A DNA stretch of 64,000 nucleotides from an uncultured delta proteobacterium. GTDB taxonomy: Bacteria > Desulfobacterota > Binatia > UBA9968. Both the position numbers and the translations under genes were made by a program. The stretch spans positions 353,393 through 417,392 of the forward strand of contig CAWJZV010000034.1 of the NCBI GenBank assembly GCA_963847445.1, given 5' to 3'. Shown one piece after another: positions 60,619-64,000 of the stretch; the first letter of the stretch is position 1; every line of letters starts with the position of its first letter. The notes below the pieces were generated by a model. That model was not told where the DNA came from, made no database searches, and saw only the letters and a program-made list of their open reading frames with translations.

Positions 60619-60692
60619 GGTCGAGGATTGATGATAGATGATTGAGGATGGCAAAATACTCAGGCGCGATCATCCATCATCCATCCTCGACC
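60619..60692. repeat. Second palindromic heptamer-repeat element (GAGGATx family)
   Basis: GGTC GAGGATT GATGATA GATGATT GAGGATG GC...GC GATCATC CATCATC CATCCTC GACC. Confidence 0.8.
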
Positions 60693-60707
60693 CATTCTTA
60701 ACTCACA

Positions 60708-60736
60708 TTGACTTCCAGTGAAATTTCTAATATTTT
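60708..60736 (+). promoter_or_regulatory. Possible sigma70 promoter
   Basis: TTGACT-N17-TATTTT in an AT-rich gap before the 60772 ORF. Confidence 0.4.
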
Positions 60737-60771
60737 TTATTAAATCCTTATAAAACGGGTGTTTAACTTTT

Positions 60772-60957
60772 ATGGAAGAAATGAGCGGACTGCAAAATTT
60801 TCTCGAGATCGTCACCAAGCCGGACAATATTCCGATCGTTGGGATGTTGATCTTGGTGGTTTTCTTTACCTGGCTTGGCATGAAGGAAGCTTTGAAGAAC
60901 GATAAGCTCGTCGAAGAAGGTAGAGAAGACGAAATTCCCAACGAAATGTGGAAATAA
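60772..60957 (+). CDS. Small single-pass membrane protein (PDNIPIV motif)
   Basis: 61 aa with one TM helix (IPIVGMLILVVFFTWLG); its stop abuts the next ATG. Confidence 0.7.
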   Translation: MEEMSGLQNFLEIVTKPDNIPIVGMLILVVFFTWLGMKEALKNDKLVEEGREDEIPNEMWK

Positions 60958-61803
60958 ATGGCGCATAAGTGGCTGGCGCTGCTGATCGCCGCCCTGGCGT
61001 TCGCTTCAGCGTTTAGTTTCTCCCTCGCCGCCGAATTTACCGCTCCGTTTTCTAACGACAAACGCTGGGAACAGGCGCGTAAGGATCTTGCCCAGGGTAA
61101 AGCCGCCGAAGCTAAAGCCGCATTCGAGGAGCTGCTCAGGCAATATCCCAATGACGCCGACTTGCATCTGTTCTTGGCAATGTCGCTATTGCGGCTGCGC
61201 GACCCCCAGGCGGCGATCTTGTCGATTAAGCGGGCGATCGCCATTAACGGCGCGCATGTCGACGCGCGAACCCTATTGGGCTATGTCGAGTTAGAAGTCC
61301 GCGGCGATATTCCGGCGGCGATCAAAGAGTACCGCAAGGTCATCGAGCTGCGGCCCAACTCGGCGGAAGCCCATAGCAATCTGGCGGTGGCGCAGAAAAA
61401 GCAGGGTGACTTGGACGGCGCGGTGGTCAGTTTAAACCAAGCGCTGGAACTCAAGCCCGACAATGTCGGGGCGCTGACGACGCGTGGTAGTACTTTTGCC
61501 GAGCTCGGCAAATGGAACGATGCGCGGCGCGATTTCGAGCAAGCGCTCAAGCTCAATCCGCGCGATGAAGGCGCGCTCTACGGCCTGTCGCAGGCGTTGC
61601 GCGAGGCCAAGGAGTACGGCGGCGCCCAGAGCGCCTTGAGCGATTTGATTTCGCGCTCGGGAAATTTCGTTTATTGGCTGGAATGGGGTCGCGTTGTGAT
61701 GATCCGTTACTGGTGGGCGCTATTGCTGATCGCCATCGGTTGGGCGCTTAAGGGCAAATTACAGGGCAAGTTCATGAAGGCGAGGACGCAAGCGAATGGC
61801 TGA
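60958..61803 (+). CDS. TPR-repeat protein with signal peptide and C-terminal membrane anchor
   Basis: Multiple TPR units (A...Y.KVIELRPNS, A..LKPDN, ALKLNPRD) and a C-terminal YWWALLLIAIGW. Confidence 0.85.
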   Translation: MAHKWLALLIAALAFASAFSFSLAAEFTAPFSNDKRWEQARKDLAQGKAAEAKAAFEELLRQYPNDADLHLFLAMSLLRLRDPQAAILSIKRAIAINGAHVDARTLLGYVELEVRGDIPAAIKEYRKVIELRPNSAEAHSNLAVAQKKQGDLDGAVVSLNQALELKPDNVGALTTRGSTFAELGKWNDARRDFEQALKLNPRDEGALYGLSQALREAKEYGGAQSALSDLISRSGNFVYWLEWGRVVMIRYWWALLLIAIGWALKGKLQGKFMKARTQANG

Positions 61804-62341
61804 GGCAAAAAAGCGCAAAGGTACCGCCCTATTGGCGGTGATGGATGAGAACTGTTCGAGCTGCGCGGGTTCGCCGATCTGCGAAGCTCATTGTCCGGTG
61901 GATGACTGCATCAATCTGCTCTACGAGGAGCTGCCGGGGGGCGGTTTGAAGCCCTACCGCGTCTTTGTCGACAACGATAAGTGCATCGGTTGCCAGATGT
62001 GCTACAGCGACGATCTGACCAAAGTGCAGCAGCATAAAGAAACTGGCGAGATTTTCTACGAATACGCCAACCGCTTCTACGACGCCAATCGCAAGCCTGT
62101 CCCACCCGAGGCCGTGCCCAAACGCTTTCAACTGCAACTCATCGGCACCGAGTCGGAGGATCGTTTGGACAAAAAAATCTGCCCCTGGGACGCCATCAAG
62201 ATGTACGAGTTCGACGATGGCTTGGCCAAGTCGGAATACTTTTACGACCAGAGCAAATTGAAGCAGGTCAACGGCATGTATGTCATCGATGCCAAAGAGA
62301 AGGATCGTTTGGAAGACAAACAGAGCGATCTCTACGATTGA
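61796..62341 (+). CDS. 4Fe-4S dicluster ferredoxin-like protein with large insertion
   Basis: CSSCAGSPICEAHCP and CIGCQMC...ICPWDAI. Confidence 0.75.
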   Translation: MAEAKKRKGTALLAVMDENCSSCAGSPICEAHCPVDDCINLLYEELPGGGLKPYRVFVDNDKCIGCQMCYSDDLTKVQQHKETGEIFYEYANRFYDANRKPVPPEAVPKRFQLQLIGTESEDRLDKKICPWDAIKMYEFDDGLAKSEYFYDQSKLKQVNGMYVIDAKEKDRLEDKQSDLYD

Positions 62342-62367
62342 GATGACCCAATAGGGAGCCAACACAT

Positions 62368-63684
62368 ATGGCGGGTAAGATCGAAATCATGGAGACGGTG
62401 CTGCGCGATGCGCACCAATGTTTGGTAGCGACGCGCATGCCGACCGAAGATATGTTGCCGATCGCGGCGGAACTCGATGACGTCGGCTATTGGTCGCTGG
62501 AAACTTGGGGCGGTGCGACCTTCGACGCGACGCTGCGTTATCTCAAAGAATGTCCATGGGAGCGCTTGCGCAAACTGCGCGCGGCGATGCCTAAGACTCG
62601 TTTCCAAATGCTCTTGCGCGGCCAGAACGTGGTCGGTTACAAGAACTATCCCGACGATATCGTTCAAGCTTTCGTGCAAAGAGCGGCCGCCAACGGCATC
62701 GACGTGTTTCGCATCTTCGATGCCATGAACGATGTTCGCAACATGAAGACCGCCATCGAAGCTGGTCTGAAAACCGGCAAGCTGGTCGAAGGGGCGGTCT
62801 GTTACACCATCAGTCCGGTGCATTCGCCGGATTATTTTCTCCATGTGGCGGAAAAGCTCGCCGACATGGGCGTGCAGATCATCTGCTTAAAAGACATGGG
62901 CGGATTGTTGGCGCCCTACGCCGCCTACGAGATTATCAAGAAAATCAAGTCGCGCATCCCACTGCCGCTGCATTTGCATTCGCACTGCACCGCCGGTTTG
63001 GCGCAGATGACTTACATGATGGCGATCGAGGCAGGCGCGGATATTCTCGATACGGCGATTTCGCCGTTCTCGCAAGGCACCTCGCAGCCGGCAACCGAGC
63101 AGCTGGTTGCCGGACTCATGGGCACGCCCCATGAAACCGGTTTGGATCTTGCCAAGCTCGCCAAGATCGCCGAGTATTTTTACCGCATCCGGCCCAATTA
63201 CCGTGAGTTCGAAAGCCCGGTAAACAATCAAATCAAGCCCGATGTGCTGATCTCGCAGATCCCGGGTGGCATGCTTTCTAACTTGGTCGCCCAGCTGCGC
63301 CAACAAAAGGCCGAAGACAAGCTGGAAGCGGTGCTCGCCGAGATGCCCTCGGTGCGCAAGGATCTGGGTTACCCGCCGCTGGTGACGCCGACCAGCCAGA
63401 TGGTCGGGGCGCAAGCCGCGCTCAACGTCATGACCGGCAAGCGCTACTCCGTGGTCGCCATGGAAACGAGAAATTACGTCATGGGGCTATACGGCGAAGC
63501 GCCGGGCAAGATCGGCGATGAGATCAAAGAAAAGGTGCTCGGCAAGAAAGAGCCGATTACCTGTCGCCCGGCGGATTTACTGAAACCGGGCCTGGAAAAA
63601 GCCCGTGCCGACGCCGGCAGCATGGCCAAGAGCGAAGAAGACGTGCTCACCTACGCCCTGTTTCCCGACATCGCGAAGGACTAG
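62368..63684 (+). CDS. Pyruvate carboxylase subunit B / oxaloacetate decarboxylase alpha-like carboxyltransferase (no biotin carrier domain)
   Basis: LRDAHQ, WGGATFD, MLLRGQN, KDMGG, LHSHCTAG and GYPPLVTPTSQ; no MKM motif. Confidence 0.9.
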   Translation: MAGKIEIMETVLRDAHQCLVATRMPTEDMLPIAAELDDVGYWSLETWGGATFDATLRYLKECPWERLRKLRAAMPKTRFQMLLRGQNVVGYKNYPDDIVQAFVQRAAANGIDVFRIFDAMNDVRNMKTAIEAGLKTGKLVEGAVCYTISPVHSPDYFLHVAEKLADMGVQIICLKDMGGLLAPYAAYEIIKKIKSRIPLPLHLHSHCTAGLAQMTYMMAIEAGADILDTAISPFSQGTSQPATEQLVAGLMGTPHETGLDLAKLAKIAEYFYRIRPNYREFESPVNNQIKPDVLISQIPGGMLSNLVAQLRQQKAEDKLEAVLAEMPSVRKDLGYPPLVTPTSQMVGAQAALNVMTGKRYSVVAMETRNYVMGLYGEAPGKIGDEIKEKVLGKKEPITCRPADLLKPGLEKARADAGSMAKSEEDVLTYALFPDIAKD

Positions 63685-63800
63685 TTCTGCACCGGGACAA
63701 CGCCGCGGGAAAGCAACCGGCAGCAGCCATCGGGCAATTGTAACTGCCTGTCGATGGAGCTTTCATAGTGTTACCCGCCAGCCAACCGCTGGTTTCATTT

Positions 63801-63998
63801 CTAGATAATCTTATTCAGCGGATATTCGATAATGCCCACGGCGCCGTTCTGGATCAGCTGGGGAATTAGATCGCGCACCTGGCGTTCATCGATGACGCTT
63901 TCGATGGAAAACCATTTGATGCCTTTGAGGCTTGGGGATGGGTAAAGCGTTGCCACCGTCGGCGCGGTGATGCTCGGAATCAGCGCGATGCGTTTCTC
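63801..63998 (-). CDS. hisG: ATP phosphoribosyltransferase, C-terminal regulatory domain (5' truncated)
   Basis: Reverse strand reads EKRIALIPSITAPTVATLY...WFSIESVIDERQVRDLIPQLIQNGAVGIIEYPLNKII*. Confidence 0.88.
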   Translation of the reverse strand, partial: EKRIALIPSITAPTVATLYPSPSLKGIKWFSIESVIDERQVRDLIPQLIQNGAVGIIEYPLNKII

Positions 63999-64000
63999 CA

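Noticed and set aside
63682-63690. TAG ending the carboxyltransferase (DIAKD*FC) as a pyrrolysine or readthrough codon
   Set aside because: It lies near the normal end of this domain, a TAC/TAT miscall is equally plausible, and no pyl genes are present.

Overview
A GC-rich bacterial chromosome segment with nearly all genes on the + strand. Protein style and gene content suggest a deltaproteobacteria-like lineage such as Candidatus Binatia (inference only). Order: end of the spc/alpha ribosomal operon (secY-adk-map-infA-rpmJ-rpsM-rpsK-rpsD-rpoA-rplQ); cysD-cysNC; cupin, beta-hydroxyacid dehydrogenase, kptA and DUF1801 genes; argS-SPOR-trpDCFBA-folC-lptD; a type II secretion locus (gspEFGHIJKLM, then gspC-like and gspD); a coxD-coxE-split xdhC-ribK-ubiX-fni operon; a sigma54-preceded glycosyltransferase/heparinase-like/deacetylase/ABC exporter cluster; two PNPOx-family genes plus a MacAB-type exporter; VOC and amidohydrolase genes; an orphan eutA-like gene; a small membrane protein-TPR-ferredoxin-carboxyltransferase operon; and the 3' end of hisG on the - strand. 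Many single-base frameshifts, including in essential argS and lptD, point to uncorrected long-read errors, so frameshift-based claims need read-level checking. Most interesting: (1) the secretin appears split into two genes inside the N3 loop, with the second half carrying its own signal peptide and a C-terminal SPOR domain; (2) an archaeal-type riboflavin kinase, UbiX and a type-2 IPP isomerase form what looks like a self-contained prenylated-FMN supply module attached to molybdo-hydroxylase maturation genes.
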